This document shows, one piece after another, positions 27,700-37,843 of a stretch of 63,425 nucleotides of DNA. The first letter of the stretch is position 1. Every line of letters starts with the position of its first letter. The stretch covers positions 1-63,425 of the forward strand of contig CAZNUA010000020.1 in NCBI GenBank assembly GCA_964576115.1. The letters run 5' to 3'. The DNA comes from an uncultured Gemmatimonadota bacterium (GTDB lineage: Bacteria > Blakebacterota > Blakebacteria > Blakebacterales > Blakebacteraceae). Under the pieces are notes generated by a model. The model made no database searches, was not told the DNA's origin, and saw only the letters and a list, made by a program, of their open reading frames with translations. The position numbers and the translations under genes were made by a program.

Positions 27700-29148
27700 T
27701 CACCCGGGAAAGCGGTCGAGGTTGGGGCGCACCCGGCGCTCCCAGATAGTGCGACCCGAGCCCCGTTCGGGATCGTTGCTGATGACCTCATCCAGCAGAC
27801 GCAGGAAGTCTTCCTCCAGATCGGCGCCCAGGTGGGCTGAGGCCAGCTGGATCACCCGTGCGGCGTACTGCAGGATCTGCACCGTCTCGATATCGCCGGG
27901 ATCGTCGAAAAACCAGCCGCAGCTGGTGTACATGAGCATGGCGTAGTGTTCCATCTCGAGCAGAGACAGTCCGGGCCGGGCCAGCTCGGGCTCCAGACCG
28001 GGAGCGGCGTGCTCAGACAGCAGACGACCGACCCTCGCCTCGCCGGGATCGAGAATGAGGTCGATGTAGTCGTCCCTGGCCGCCCACGGATCGGCGAAGA
28101 AGGCTGCCGCCTGTGACTCGAAACGTCCGGCGGTCTCATCCCGCAGCCAGTCCAGAGCCCGGCGCAGGGGCCCCCGCCAGGACTGACTCCAGCCCGGTTC
28201 GCGTCCCCCGGCACAACCGCAGTCGCTGCGCCACCGCTCCACCCCGTGCGGGCAGCTCCAGGAGGTGTTCTCGGCAATCTGTACGTCCCGTTGGGGGGGG
28301 TGGCGCTCGAGCAGGGCGGCATACACCGTGAGCTGGTGATCGGGGCTGGCCTCGATCGCGTCCAGGGCGGCTGCCAGCGCCTCGACCCCGCCCCGCTTGT
28401 GGTGCCCGAAGGTTTCCCCATCGGTGGCCAGGTGGACCAGACAGGGTTCGTCCCCGGCTCCGGCGGGATGTTCGGTCGCGGCCCGTGCCGCGGCGGCGAA
28501 GAGGAAGTCGGTGAAGCGCCCCGGGCTCGAGAGCACGTTCCCGAAGGAGACCTCCCGCCCGAGCCGGTCATCGTAGAAGAAGAGCGCCATCTCCCGTCCC
28601 CCGGGCAGTTGAACCCGGTACGGCACGGTAGTATCGATCCGGGCGGCCCGGGCCTGATGGGGCGCCAGGATCGTGAAACGGATACCCTCTTCGGCCGCGA
28701 TCGCCAGGCTTTCTGCATCCACGGCCGTCTCGGGCAGCCAGAGTCCTTCGGGGGCGCGGCTGTAGCGGTGTGAGAACTCCCGTATGCCCCAGACGATCTG
28801 GGTCCGTTTGTCACGGGTGTTGGCCAGGGGCAGGATCAGGTGGCTGTAGGCCTGGGCGATGGCCGGATCGTGGCCGCCGAAGCGCTCGGCCCCCCTCCGG
28901 TCGGCCTCGACGAGCTGTGCTGCGAGCCCGGGCCGGGCGCGCTCGAGCCAGGCCATCAGGGTCGGACCGACATTGTAGCTCAACCGCGAGTAATTGCCGG
29001 CCGCTGCGTTGGGCTCGTAGCACTCCTCGGCGATACGCTCGTTCCAGTCGTGCCACGGCGCCGCCGAGGGCTGGGTCTCGATCTCTCCCAGCCACGGGTT
29101 CTCGCGGGGTGGCTGGTAGAAGTGGGCGTGGATGCAGAGGTGGATCAT
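27700..29148 (-). CDS. GH57-type glycoside hydrolase (DUF3536-associated family, short form)
   Basis: HAHFYQPPRENPW, WLPETAVD, ATDGETFGHH, SWSCPHGVERW, MYTSCGWFFDD. Confidence 0.88.
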   Translation of the reverse strand: MIHLCIHAHFYQPPRENPWLGEIETQPSAAPWHDWNERIAEECYEPNAAAGNYSRLSYNVGPTLMAWLERARPGLAAQLVEADRRGAERFGGHDPAIAQAYSHLILPLANTRDKRTQIVWGIREFSHRYSRAPEGLWLPETAVDAESLAIAAEEGIRFTILAPHQARAARIDTTVPYRVQLPGGREMALFFYDDRLGREVSFGNVLSSPGRFTDFLFAAAARAATEHPAGAGDEPCLVHLATDGETFGHHKRGGVEALAAALDAIEASPDHQLTVYAALLERHPPQRDVQIAENTSWSCPHGVERWRSDCGCAGGREPGWSQSWRGPLRRALDWLRDETAGRFESQAAAFFADPWAARDDYIDLILDPGEARVGRLLSEHAAPGLEPELARPGLSLLEMEHYAMLMYTSCGWFFDDPGDIETVQILQYAARVIQLASAHLGADLEEDFLRLLDEVISNDPERGSGRTIWERRVRPNLDRFPG

Positions 29149-31052
29149 CGCAGGATCCGGATCGAGCGCGGGGGTAGATCGAGCACGAGCGAGTCATCGA
29201 ACCGGCCGGCGATCACGGCTTCGGCCTGCCGGCTCGCGGGCCCGTCGGGATCAGAACCGCCAAACCGGGCTTCTTCGCTCGAGAGCAGTTCGGTCCACTC
29301 CCCGCCGTGCGGCAGTCCGAGGCGGTAGCCGCGGTGGGAGCGGGACGAGAAGTTGGCCGCCACCACCACCGGTTCGATTCCCTCGCCTCCCGAGCGGATC
29401 CAGCTCAGCACGCCGCGCTCGGCATCGTCGGCCACGATCCACTCCAGGCCGTCGGCCTCGCAGTCGCGCCGGTAGAGAGCCGGTTCGTCCCGGTAGACCC
29501 GGCCCAGAGCGGTTATCCATTCCCGGATACCGGCGTGGCGGGGCTCCTCGAGCAGCTCCCAGGGCAGCTCGGCGTCGTGGTTCCACTCGTTTTCGGGAGC
29601 CAGCTCGCTACCCATGAAAAGCAGCTTCTTGCCCGGCAGGGTGTACAGGTATCCCAGCAGCAGGCGCAGGTCGGCGAACCGCTCGGCCTCCGAACCCTGC
29701 ATCCTGCCCAGCAGCGAGCCTTTGCCGTAGACTACCTCGTCGTGCGAGAGGGGCAGGACGTAGTTCTCGCCGGCGGCGTACAGGCTCCGGAAGGTGAGTT
29801 CGTTGTAGTGAGCGGGGCGTGACTCGACCGGGCGGGTGAAGTACGCCAGGGTGTCGTTCATCCAGCCCATGTCCCATTTGAAGCCGAAACCCAGCCCCCC
29901 GCTCCAGACGGGACGAGAAACACCCGGCCAGGCGGTCGATTCCTCGGCGATGGTCATGGTGTCGGGGAACTCGCGGTACACCGTCTCGTTGAGCAGCTGG
30001 ATGAATTCCACCGCCTCGAGATTCTCGTTGCCCCCCTCGGGATTGGGTTCCCATTCCCCCTCGCCGCGGCTGTAATCGAGATAGAGCATCGAAGCCACGG
30101 CGTCGACCCGTAGAGCGTCGATGTGGTAGCGGTCGAGCCAGAACGCCGCGCTCGAGAGCAGGAAGGAACGCACCTCGGGCCGGCCGTAATCGAAGATCAG
30201 ACTGGTCCAGTCGGGGTGATACCCGCGGCGCGGGTCGGGATGCTCGTAGAGAGCCTGACCGTCGAAACGGGCCAGGGCGTAGTCGTCGGCCGGAAAGTGC
30301 GAGGGCACCCAGTCTAGGACGACCCCGATCCCGGCCCGATGAAGCTCGTCCACCAGGTACGCGAAATCCTCCGGCGGACCGTGGCGGGCGGTGGGTGCGA
30401 AGTAGGCGGTGCACTGATAGCCCCACGAACCGTAAAAGGGGTGTTCTGCGATCGGCAGGAACTCGACGTGGGTGAAACCGAGGGCACGCACGTGCTCGAC
30501 CAGAAGAGGGGCCAGCTCGCGCCAGCTCAGGAAGCCGCCATCGGGAGCGCGCCGCCACGAACCGGGATGCACCTCGTAGATCGCGATCGGGGCGTCGCGG
30601 GTGTTGCGCTGAGCCCGCCCGGCCATCCACTCGGCGTCGCGCCACTCGTACCCGGCGGCTGCAATCACCGATGCCGAACCGGGGGGTTCCTCGGCCGCCC
30701 GGGCGAAGGGATCGGCTTTTTCGCGCTTTCCCCCACGGCGCCCGGTCCGGAGGTGGTACTTGTAGAGATCCCCCGGTCCGGCTCCGGCTACCCAGCCCTC
30801 CCAGATGTCCGTCCCCCGCCGCCGGTTCAGCGGAGCGCGCCGGGAGTCCCAGTCATTGAAACTGCCCATGACCCCGACCCGCCTGGCCCGCGGAGCCCAG
30901 AGCGCGAAGCGGGTGCCGGGCTCACCCCCGGGACCGGGTGCGAGGTGAGCCCCGAGCAGTTCGTAAAGCCGGGCGTGGCGACCGGCACGAAAAACCCTGA
31001 GATCCTCGGCGGTAATGGGTGAGGCGTTTCTGTCCCGGGAAGCCGAACTCAT
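29145..31052 (-). CDS. glgB: 1,4-alpha-glucan branching enzyme (GH13)
   Basis: YEVHPGSW, SWGYQ, DWVPSHF, LRVDAVASMLY, AEEST, LSHDEVV. Confidence 0.96.
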   Translation of the reverse strand: MSSASRDRNASPITAEDLRVFRAGRHARLYELLGAHLAPGPGGEPGTRFALWAPRARRVGVMGSFNDWDSRRAPLNRRRGTDIWEGWVAGAGPGDLYKYHLRTGRRGGKREKADPFARAAEEPPGSASVIAAAGYEWRDAEWMAGRAQRNTRDAPIAIYEVHPGSWRRAPDGGFLSWRELAPLLVEHVRALGFTHVEFLPIAEHPFYGSWGYQCTAYFAPTARHGPPEDFAYLVDELHRAGIGVVLDWVPSHFPADDYALARFDGQALYEHPDPRRGYHPDWTSLIFDYGRPEVRSFLLSSAAFWLDRYHIDALRVDAVASMLYLDYSRGEGEWEPNPEGGNENLEAVEFIQLLNETVYREFPDTMTIAEESTAWPGVSRPVWSGGLGFGFKWDMGWMNDTLAYFTRPVESRPAHYNELTFRSLYAAGENYVLPLSHDEVVYGKGSLLGRMQGSEAERFADLRLLLGYLYTLPGKKLLFMGSELAPENEWNHDAELPWELLEEPRHAGIREWITALGRVYRDEPALYRRDCEADGLEWIVADDAERGVLSWIRSGGEGIEPVVVAANFSSRSHRGYRLGLPHGGEWTELLSSEEARFGGSDPDGPASRQAEAVIAGRFDDSLVLDLPPRSIRILR

Positions 31053-31058
31053 GACCGA

Positions 31059-33374
31059 TCAGTTCTTCCCTTTCTGCTTCGGCTTGTTTTTCTGCGATTG
31101 CTTTATCGCCCCGTTCGACTGCTTCGTCTTCGGGCGATCGCCTGGTTGCGGCGTCATCTTTTCCCCGCGCCGCAGGACATCGATCTCACCGAGTACCGTA
31201 CACACCTCGGGCAGGGTCGTGAACTCCTCGAAGCTGTAGCTGCTCCGACGGCGCCAGTTGGGCAGCTCCGGACCCGTTCCGGGCACGTTCTGCGACCGCC
31301 GCTCGAGCCAGAGATCCTCGAGGGAGACCATCATCAGCCTGGCTTTCGATCCGGCCAGCCAGCGCTGGCAGGCCTGCATGACGGCTGCGAGTCGTTTCTC
31401 GCCCTGTCCGAGCAGAACCTCGCTGTCGAGCAGGCCCTCCTTCCTGAGCCAGAGTTCGAGTGTTTCCCGGGCGGCGGCCCGCGCGCGGGTGATCTCGAGA
31501 GCTGCGGTCTCATCGAGGTGGCCGAGGTCGGCCAGCCGGCCGGTATCCTCGTCGTGCCAGAAGGCCGCGAAAGAGGGCATGTCGTGGGTATTCAGGGCCG
31601 CCAGGGAAACCGGTTCGGGCTCGGGCAGCGCCCGTTCGGAATCGGAGCCCAGCTCGCTCTGGACAATGTACATCCGGTGCAGTCCGTGACGCCGCATGCG
31701 GGTGCGAACCGAGCGCGGCACCGTGCCCAGGTCCTCACCCACAATCCCGGCTCCGGCCCGGTCGGCTTCGAGGAGCAGGAGCGCGGACAGCTCGTCGGCC
31801 CGGTTCTTGACATAGGCTCCGTCGGTGGCCGGGTACCCCTCCGGGATCCAGTAGAGACGGGTGAGCCCCATGATATGGTCGAAGCGTAACAGCGGAGCGT
31901 AGCGCAGGTGAGTGCGCAGGGCCGAACGGGTATAGCCGTACCCGTCAGCCCGTTCGCGTTCCGGTACGAGCGGGGGGAACCCCCAGTTCTGTCCCTGCCG
32001 GAAGAAGGTGTCGGGCGGAGCTCCGACCCCGATCCCATCCGCGAAGAGGTCGCGATAGCGCCAGACATCGAAGCTGTCGGGGGGCACACCGACGGGATAA
32101 TCGAGGTAGAGGGCGGCTCCGGCTGCGGTTCCGGCTGCAGCCAGGTTCTCGAGCTGGCCGGCCAGCCGGTACTGCACATAGAGATGGTAGCGGTATGCTT
32201 TGTCAGGTACGTCACGGTTCGGAATTTCGCCGGCGGCCGCCTCGGCCGGCCAGTTCGGCCACGGCCGGCCGTAGCCTTCGGCGGCAGCCCGGAAGCGGGC
32301 GTAGTCGTCGGCCCCGGGCAGGAAGGCGGCCCGGCGCTCCGCGGGCCCGGTGTCAAAGAAGCAGTCCGCCATGAGTTCGAGCACATGACGCTTGAGGGCC
32401 ATGACCTCGCCCTGGTGGGGTGCCTCGTGGGCGGAGAGTTTTGCGAGCTCCTGGGTAAAGGCGGTCGAAGACATCAGTTCCCTGGCCGTGAGGCAGAGAT
32501 CGAGTTCGGGCAGGCGGCGCAGGTCGAGATAGACCTCGTTGAAAAACAGTCGGCTGGCCGGGGCATAGGGAGCGGGTGTCTCGTGCGGGGCGTGACAGGC
32601 AGCCAGCAGGGGCAGAGTGCCGACGAAAGAACCGCCGAGCGCGGCGGTCCACTCGAGCAGGCGCTCCAGGTCGCCGAGGTCGCCGATCCCCACACTCTCG
32701 TGCGAGTGCAGGGAATAGAGCGGCATGAAAACTCCCCAGCGGCTATCGGTGTCAGCCCCACGCTCCTTTCTGCCGCCGGGTACCAGAAGGGATTCCAGAC
32801 GTTCGGGGGCAACGATCACCAGTGACTCTGCCTGCCGTCCGGCATGTTCGATCCGCAACCGGTAGTATCCGGTTTCGAGCCCCTCGGGCAGGCCGAAAGC
32901 GACCGCCGCGATCCGGCGCCGCCCGAGCCGGGTCGTGCCTAGAGAACGCAGTGCCGACGGAGCACCGTCCCACTCCAGGCACAGATCCCGATCCCTCACC
33001 GCCCGATCCGCCGCCTGTTCTTCGGCTTCCTGTCCCGTCTCCGCTCGTGTTTGCGCCTCCGGTTCCCGGCTCAGGGTGACCCGCATGAGCTGCTCGGCCT
33101 CGGACGGATCGAAACGTATCACCGCTGCCGCCTGGCGCCCTCGCCAGGCCACCGTGACCGGTTCGCAGAACCGGGCAACGATTTCTTCGATCCGGTTTCC
33201 GATCGCGGCAGGCACATCGTCCAAACCCTCTACCGGCGCCCCGAGTGCCCGCATGATCGCCAGGGTGGCTTCGGGCGAGGTGCGGTGGTGAGTGCCGAAG
33301 ACGTCGTACCAGGCCGTCCGAACCCCGTAGAGATGGGCGAGCCGGAGCAGATCGTCGCGGGGGGTCTCGGACAT
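31059..33374 (-). CDS. malQ: 4-alpha-glucanotransferase (GH77)
   Basis: YLDYPVG, GAPPD..GQNWG, RFDHIMG, GEDLG, NTHDMP, QNVPGT..NWR. Confidence 0.94.
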   Translation of the reverse strand: MSETPRDDLLRLAHLYGVRTAWYDVFGTHHRTSPEATLAIMRALGAPVEGLDDVPAAIGNRIEEIVARFCEPVTVAWRGRQAAAVIRFDPSEAEQLMRVTLSREPEAQTRAETGQEAEEQAADRAVRDRDLCLEWDGAPSALRSLGTTRLGRRRIAAVAFGLPEGLETGYYRLRIEHAGRQAESLVIVAPERLESLLVPGGRKERGADTDSRWGVFMPLYSLHSHESVGIGDLGDLERLLEWTAALGGSFVGTLPLLAACHAPHETPAPYAPASRLFFNEVYLDLRRLPELDLCLTARELMSSTAFTQELAKLSAHEAPHQGEVMALKRHVLELMADCFFDTGPAERRAAFLPGADDYARFRAAAEGYGRPWPNWPAEAAAGEIPNRDVPDKAYRYHLYVQYRLAGQLENLAAAGTAAGAALYLDYPVGVPPDSFDVWRYRDLFADGIGVGAPPDTFFRQGQNWGFPPLVPERERADGYGYTRSALRTHLRYAPLLRFDHIMGLTRLYWIPEGYPATDGAYVKNRADELSALLLLEADRAGAGIVGEDLGTVPRSVRTRMRRHGLHRMYIVQSELGSDSERALPEPEPVSLAALNTHDMPSFAAFWHDEDTGRLADLGHLDETAALEITRARAAARETLELWLRKEGLLDSEVLLGQGEKRLAAVMQACQRWLAGSKARLMMVSLEDLWLERRSQNVPGTGPELPNWRRRSSYSFEEFTTLPEVCTVLGEIDVLRRGEKMTPQPGDRPKTKQSNGAIKQSQKNKPKQKGKN

Positions 33375-33381
33375 GCCCGTC

Positions 33382-35535
33382 TCAGGCGGTCGAGGCCGGA
33401 TCGTAGTAGCGTTCGACGTAATCGGTGAGCATCCGGCGGGCACTGAAATCGGCCCCGGCGGTGCGGACGGCCTCTTTCATGACCTCGACCCAGCTCTCCG
33501 GCACACCCCGCTCGTTCCGGTCGTAGTAGAGGGGAATGATGGTCGTTTCCAGAATATCGTACAGCGCCTCGGCATCGGCGGTATCCTGCTCAGCGGCCGC
33601 GGGCGAATGCTCCTCGATGAATTCCTCCAGGGTCGGCTCGCTGCCGATCGGCCAGCCGTTGCCGCCATGGTAACCCTCGAGCCACCAGCCATCGAGAGTG
33701 GACAGGTTCGGCACGCCGTTCAGAGCCGCTTTCTGACCGCTGGTACCGCTGGCTTCCATCGGCGGGCGGGGATTGTTGAGCCACAGATCTACCCCGCTCA
33801 CGAGGTAGTGGGCCAGGTGCAGATCGTAGTCCTCGGCAAACGCGATCCGTCCGGCCAGGGCGGGATCCAGAGCCAGTTCGTACACCTGACGAATCAAAGC
33901 CTGCCCGTGCTCGTCGCGGGGGTGAGCCTTGCCGGCGAAGATCATCTGCACCGGCCGGTCGATATCGAGCATGAGCCGGCGCAGACGCCCGATATCGCTG
34001 AAAATCAGATTGGCCCTCTTGTAGGTGGCGAAGCGCCGGGCGAATCCGATCGTCAGGACGTCGGGATCGAGCAGCACGCCGGCCGAAACCACCTGAACCG
34101 CCGCCAGGTCGCCCTCCATCCAGGCACTGCGAACCCGCTCGCGCAGGATGATCTGCAGGCGGGTTTTTCGCTCGAGGTGAGCCTGCCACACCTCTTCGGC
34201 GGGGATGTCGAGAACCAGGTCCCAGAGGGTGCGTTCGTGGTGGCGTCCGATCCAGCCTGAGCCCAGGTGACGATTGAAAAGCCGCCTGAAGGGGGGCGTG
34301 AGCCAGGTGGGTACGTGCACCCCGTTGGTGACGTGTTCGATCGGCACCTCGGTTTCATCCCGATCGGGCCAGAGGCCCTGCCACATCCGTCGAGCCACCT
34401 CGCCATGCCGGCGGCTGACCCCGTTACAGCGTCCCGTTGTGCGCAGGGCCAGGGCCGCCATGCTGAACAGGCGTCCGTCATGGCCGGGTTCGGCGGCCAG
34501 TGCGAAGACCTCGTCGGGATCCATGCCGGCGTGATCCATGAAGTAACCGAGGGCTGCGAGAGCCAGTTCGCGGTCGAAGCGGTCGTGCCCGGCCGCCACG
34601 GGGGTGTGGGTGGTAAAGAGCGCATTGTGCTGCAGCTGCTGCACAGCCGAGGAAAAAGAGAGCCCCTGTTCGATCATCTCATACAATCGTTCGAGCGAGA
34701 GGAAAGCCGTGTGTCCCTCGTTCAGGTGCCAGTACGAGGGCTCGATTCCGAGCGCGCGCAGCACCCGCACCCCGCCGATCCCGAGGATCATCTCCTGCCG
34801 GATGCGCATCCGGTCGTCACCCGAATACAGCTGGGCCGTCAATTCCCGATCTTCTGCGCTGTTGCCGTTGACATCGGTATCGAGCAGGTAGACCGGCACG
34901 CACCCCAGGTCGATCCGCCAGGCCCCGACATGCACCAGGCGGTCCTCGACCCTGATCATGGCCAGATGCTCGTCGCCGTTGCCGGGGTTGACCCAGCAGA
35001 GTGGCAGCGAATCGGGACCAAAGGTTTCGGCGATGGCTTGCTGCGAACCATCGGCGCGCAGGCGCTGATGGAAGTACCCCTTCTGGTAGAGCAGTCCCAC
35101 CCCGACCAGGGGAACCCCCAGGTCGCTCGCTTCCCGGCAGTGATCGCCGGCCAGCACCCCCAGGCCCCCCGAATACATCGGCACGGAAGCGTGCAGGCCG
35201 AACTCGGCACAGAAGTACGCCACCGGGTTGTCGGGGCTCAGATCGCCCGTGAAGGGGGACCGCCGGTGCGGCCCGGTCAGGTTCTCATCGAAACGAGCCA
35301 TGAGATCGTCGAAACGGCGCAGAAAGGTGGCACTACCTGATACATCTTCGAGCCGCTCCGGTTCGACCTGGCGCAGCAGAGCCACCGGGTTGTAGTCGGT
35401 GTTGCGCCAGAGCAGCGGATCGATCAATCGGAAGAGCTCGCTCGCCGAGGCGTGCCAGCTCCACCACAGGTTGTGGGCCAGTTCCCAGAGCCGGCTCAGC
35501 CGCTCGGGCAGATGGTCGGGAGGCGTTGTCAGCAT
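33382..35535 (-). CDS. glgP: Alpha-glucan (glycogen) phosphorylase
   Basis: NLWWSW, YSGGLGVLAGDH, HLNEGH, ARRFATYKRA, EASGTSGQKAA. Confidence 0.95.
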   Translation of the reverse strand: MLTTPPDHLPERLSRLWELAHNLWWSWHASASELFRLIDPLLWRNTDYNPVALLRQVEPERLEDVSGSATFLRRFDDLMARFDENLTGPHRRSPFTGDLSPDNPVAYFCAEFGLHASVPMYSGGLGVLAGDHCREASDLGVPLVGVGLLYQKGYFHQRLRADGSQQAIAETFGPDSLPLCWVNPGNGDEHLAMIRVEDRLVHVGAWRIDLGCVPVYLLDTDVNGNSAEDRELTAQLYSGDDRMRIRQEMILGIGGVRVLRALGIEPSYWHLNEGHTAFLSLERLYEMIEQGLSFSSAVQQLQHNALFTTHTPVAAGHDRFDRELALAALGYFMDHAGMDPDEVFALAAEPGHDGRLFSMAALALRTTGRCNGVSRRHGEVARRMWQGLWPDRDETEVPIEHVTNGVHVPTWLTPPFRRLFNRHLGSGWIGRHHERTLWDLVLDIPAEEVWQAHLERKTRLQIILRERVRSAWMEGDLAAVQVVSAGVLLDPDVLTIGFARRFATYKRANLIFSDIGRLRRLMLDIDRPVQMIFAGKAHPRDEHGQALIRQVYELALDPALAGRIAFAEDYDLHLAHYLVSGVDLWLNNPRPPMEASGTSGQKAALNGVPNLSTLDGWWLEGYHGGNGWPIGSEPTLEEFIEEHSPAAAEQDTADAEALYDILETTIIPLYYDRNERGVPESWVEVMKEAVRTAGADFSARRMLTDYVERYYDPASTA

Positions 35536-35845
35536 TGCAGGCACATCCTCATGACGACGGAGATCATCATCCCCGGACCGGTGCAGACCGGTCCACAACA
35601 TTCGGCACTGACAGATTCTACATATATCACCTGCGGGCCCGACAGATCGTCCTCCGGACCGGAGAAGGTGAGTATGCTGTTCGGGATGTGCTCCAGTTTC
35701 ACCTCGTTTTGCTTTATGATATACCCTGTTCCCGCCAGGGTTGCGAGCGAACCTGTACCGCGCCGCGAAGCAGACCCGCCGGTAACAAGATCGATTCCGG
35801 TATGATCACGAGTGGGCTGAGAGATATGATCAGCTGAGGGAGGCA

Positions 35846-36244
35846 ATGAGTATGAGCGACCTGGAACCGATCTTCACCCCCGAGGCGCCCCCTCCCGGTG
35901 GGCACTATTCGCAAGCCGTCGTTCACAACGGTCTGGTCTGGATCTCGGGACTCCTGCCCGTCGATCCCACGACGGGCGAGCGGAAATACGGTGAGGTCGA
36001 GGAGCAGATGAACCGGATCCTGAACAATCTCGAGGACATCCTTCTCATCGCCGGTTCAGTTCCCGACCGGGTTTTGCGCACGACCGTCTATGTGACCGAT
36101 GTCGAGCTATGGGACCGGGTCAATGCCGTCTACGCCGCCTATTTCGGAGACCACCGTCCGGCCCGTACGGTCGTTCCGGTGCCCGAGCTGCACTACGGCT
36201 TCGCGATCGAGATGGACGCCGTGGCGGCGGTCTCGCCGACCTGA
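35846..36244 (+). CDS. RidA/YjgF family protein
   Basis: GHYSQAV, ISG.LP, VNAVYA.YF..HRPART, IEMDAVA. Confidence 0.93.
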   Translation: MSMSDLEPIFTPEAPPPGGHYSQAVVHNGLVWISGLLPVDPTTGERKYGEVEEQMNRILNNLEDILLIAGSVPDRVLRTTVYVTDVELWDRVNAVYAAYFGDHRPARTVVPVPELHYGFAIEMDAVAAVSPT

Positions 36245-36320
36245 TCAGGTATCACCGCAGAGCCGAAGTGTCCCTTGGTTGAAGGGTTCCAAGCACTTCG
36301 GTATCTTAAGGTATGGTGTC

Positions 36321-36494
36321 CCGGGGGTCACTTTCACGCAAGCATGGCAGAACCGCCTTACCGTCGCCTATCACGACCAGGAGTTCTTCATCCTCGCGAA
36401 AGAGGATCTCATCGCCTCGAAGAAGGCTTCCGGGCGGGAGGTGGACCTGGAGGATGTGCGTCTGCTGGAACTGAAGCAGAGTGAGGATCGGTGA
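36321..36494 (+). pseudogene. C-terminal fragment of a nucleotidyltransferase-like protein
   Basis: PGVTFTQAW...EDLIASKKASGREVDLEDVRLL resembles a nucleotidyltransferase C-terminus; no N-terminal catalytic part or start. Confidence 0.5.
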
Positions 36495-36574
36495 AGACTG
36501 TCACAGGAGCTTTCACGCTCAAGCGGACGAGAAGACATATCCGGCCTATCCATGTACATGCGAGTGTGGGGTCA

Positions 36575-37843
36575 ATGATCTCAAAAACACGGCCTTGTGA
36601 TCTCACCCACTGGCTGGTCCTCGCCCTCATGCTTACAACCTGCACCTCCCGGGCGGGGACCGACGGGCACACCTTCACGGTTACAGCGGAAAGGGGGGTT
36701 CCGGCCGCCGTGACCACCGGAGGGCCGAAATACCACGGCGAACTCTTCACCTGCGAGAAGGAGCTGGTGCTCGACACCGGGCAGAGCGAGGACGCCCTGC
36801 TCTATCGGCCGGTGCAGTTCACGGCCGACGAAGCGGGCACCATGTACATCAACGACATCGGACTCGGTTGCGTGCTGGTCTTCGACGCCGGGGGACGGTA
36901 TTCCCACCGGATCGGCCGGCAGGGTTTCGGACCGGGAGAGGCGTCGTACTGGGATATCCAGTTGATCCGCGACGGCGTCATCCAGATCTACGGGATCAAG
37001 GAACGGCGGACCACCCGCTTTACGACCAACGGTGAACTTCTCGACGTCACCAGCTTCTCTCCCGACATCGATCTGCTGGGCAATGACGGTCTGATCGTCC
37101 TGGGAGAGGAACGTCGGCTGGTCCTGACCACGGCCGGCGGCGGGCTCAGCAAGGACGAACCGGATCAGACCCATGGGCAGTGGGGGGCGATCGTCTACGA
37201 TGCGCAGTGGGATATCGTGGCCGAGGTGTACACACCGAGGACGTCCGTGGCGGCCATGGTCCCGATCAGCATGGCTGAAAAGTCGTGGTACGCCGACGTA
37301 CCCCTGGGCTTCGGTCCCCAACCGCTGGTGCTCTATCACCCCCGGCACGGGATCGTGCTCAGCCTGAGCGCCGAGCCCGAACTGCAACTCTACGACCTCA
37401 CCGGACAGCTGAAACGCACGATCCGCATCGCCACCGAACCCGAGCCTGTGACTGCGGTCGATCGGGAGCGGGCCCGTCAGGCCCTGCTCGAAGGGGTGGA
37501 AGAGGTCGATCCCGAGACCCGCCCGATGATGGAGCTGATGGCCGAGGCCGTGGTCTGCGCCGATGAGAAGGCCTTCTGGGGCCGGGTCGAGATCGACCGC
37601 GAAGGCTTCTTCTGGCTCGATCTGACCCTGTATCCCGAAACGGAGACGGCCGGGGAGCACACCTTCATGGTCCTGAGCCCCGAGGGGGAGTACCTGGGCA
37701 CGACCACCCGGCCCGCCCGGCCCGGATCATCGATCGTGGGGGGACGGCTGTACATCCTGGAGGAGAATATCGAAACTGGCGAGATCCTGCCGACGGTCTA
37801 CCGCCTCGAACCGGTCGCACCGGGGTTTACCTACCCTGAGTGA
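36575..37843 (+). CDS. 6-bladed beta-propeller protein, probable lipoprotein
   Basis: HTFTVTAERGV..TTGGPKY, IGRQGFGPGE, DREGFFWL, SPEGEYLG; start uncertain. Confidence 0.8.
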   Translation: MISKTRPCDLTHWLVLALMLTTCTSRAGTDGHTFTVTAERGVPAAVTTGGPKYHGELFTCEKELVLDTGQSEDALLYRPVQFTADEAGTMYINDIGLGCVLVFDAGGRYSHRIGRQGFGPGEASYWDIQLIRDGVIQIYGIKERRTTRFTTNGELLDVTSFSPDIDLLGNDGLIVLGEERRLVLTTAGGGLSKDEPDQTHGQWGAIVYDAQWDIVAEVYTPRTSVAAMVPISMAEKSWYADVPLGFGPQPLVLYHPRHGIVLSLSAEPELQLYDLTGQLKRTIRIATEPEPVTAVDRERARQALLEGVEEVDPETRPMMELMAEAVVCADEKAFWGRVEIDREGFFWLDLTLYPETETAGEHTFMVLSPEGEYLGTTTRPARPGSSIVGGRLYILEENIETGEILPTVYRLEPVAPGFTYPE

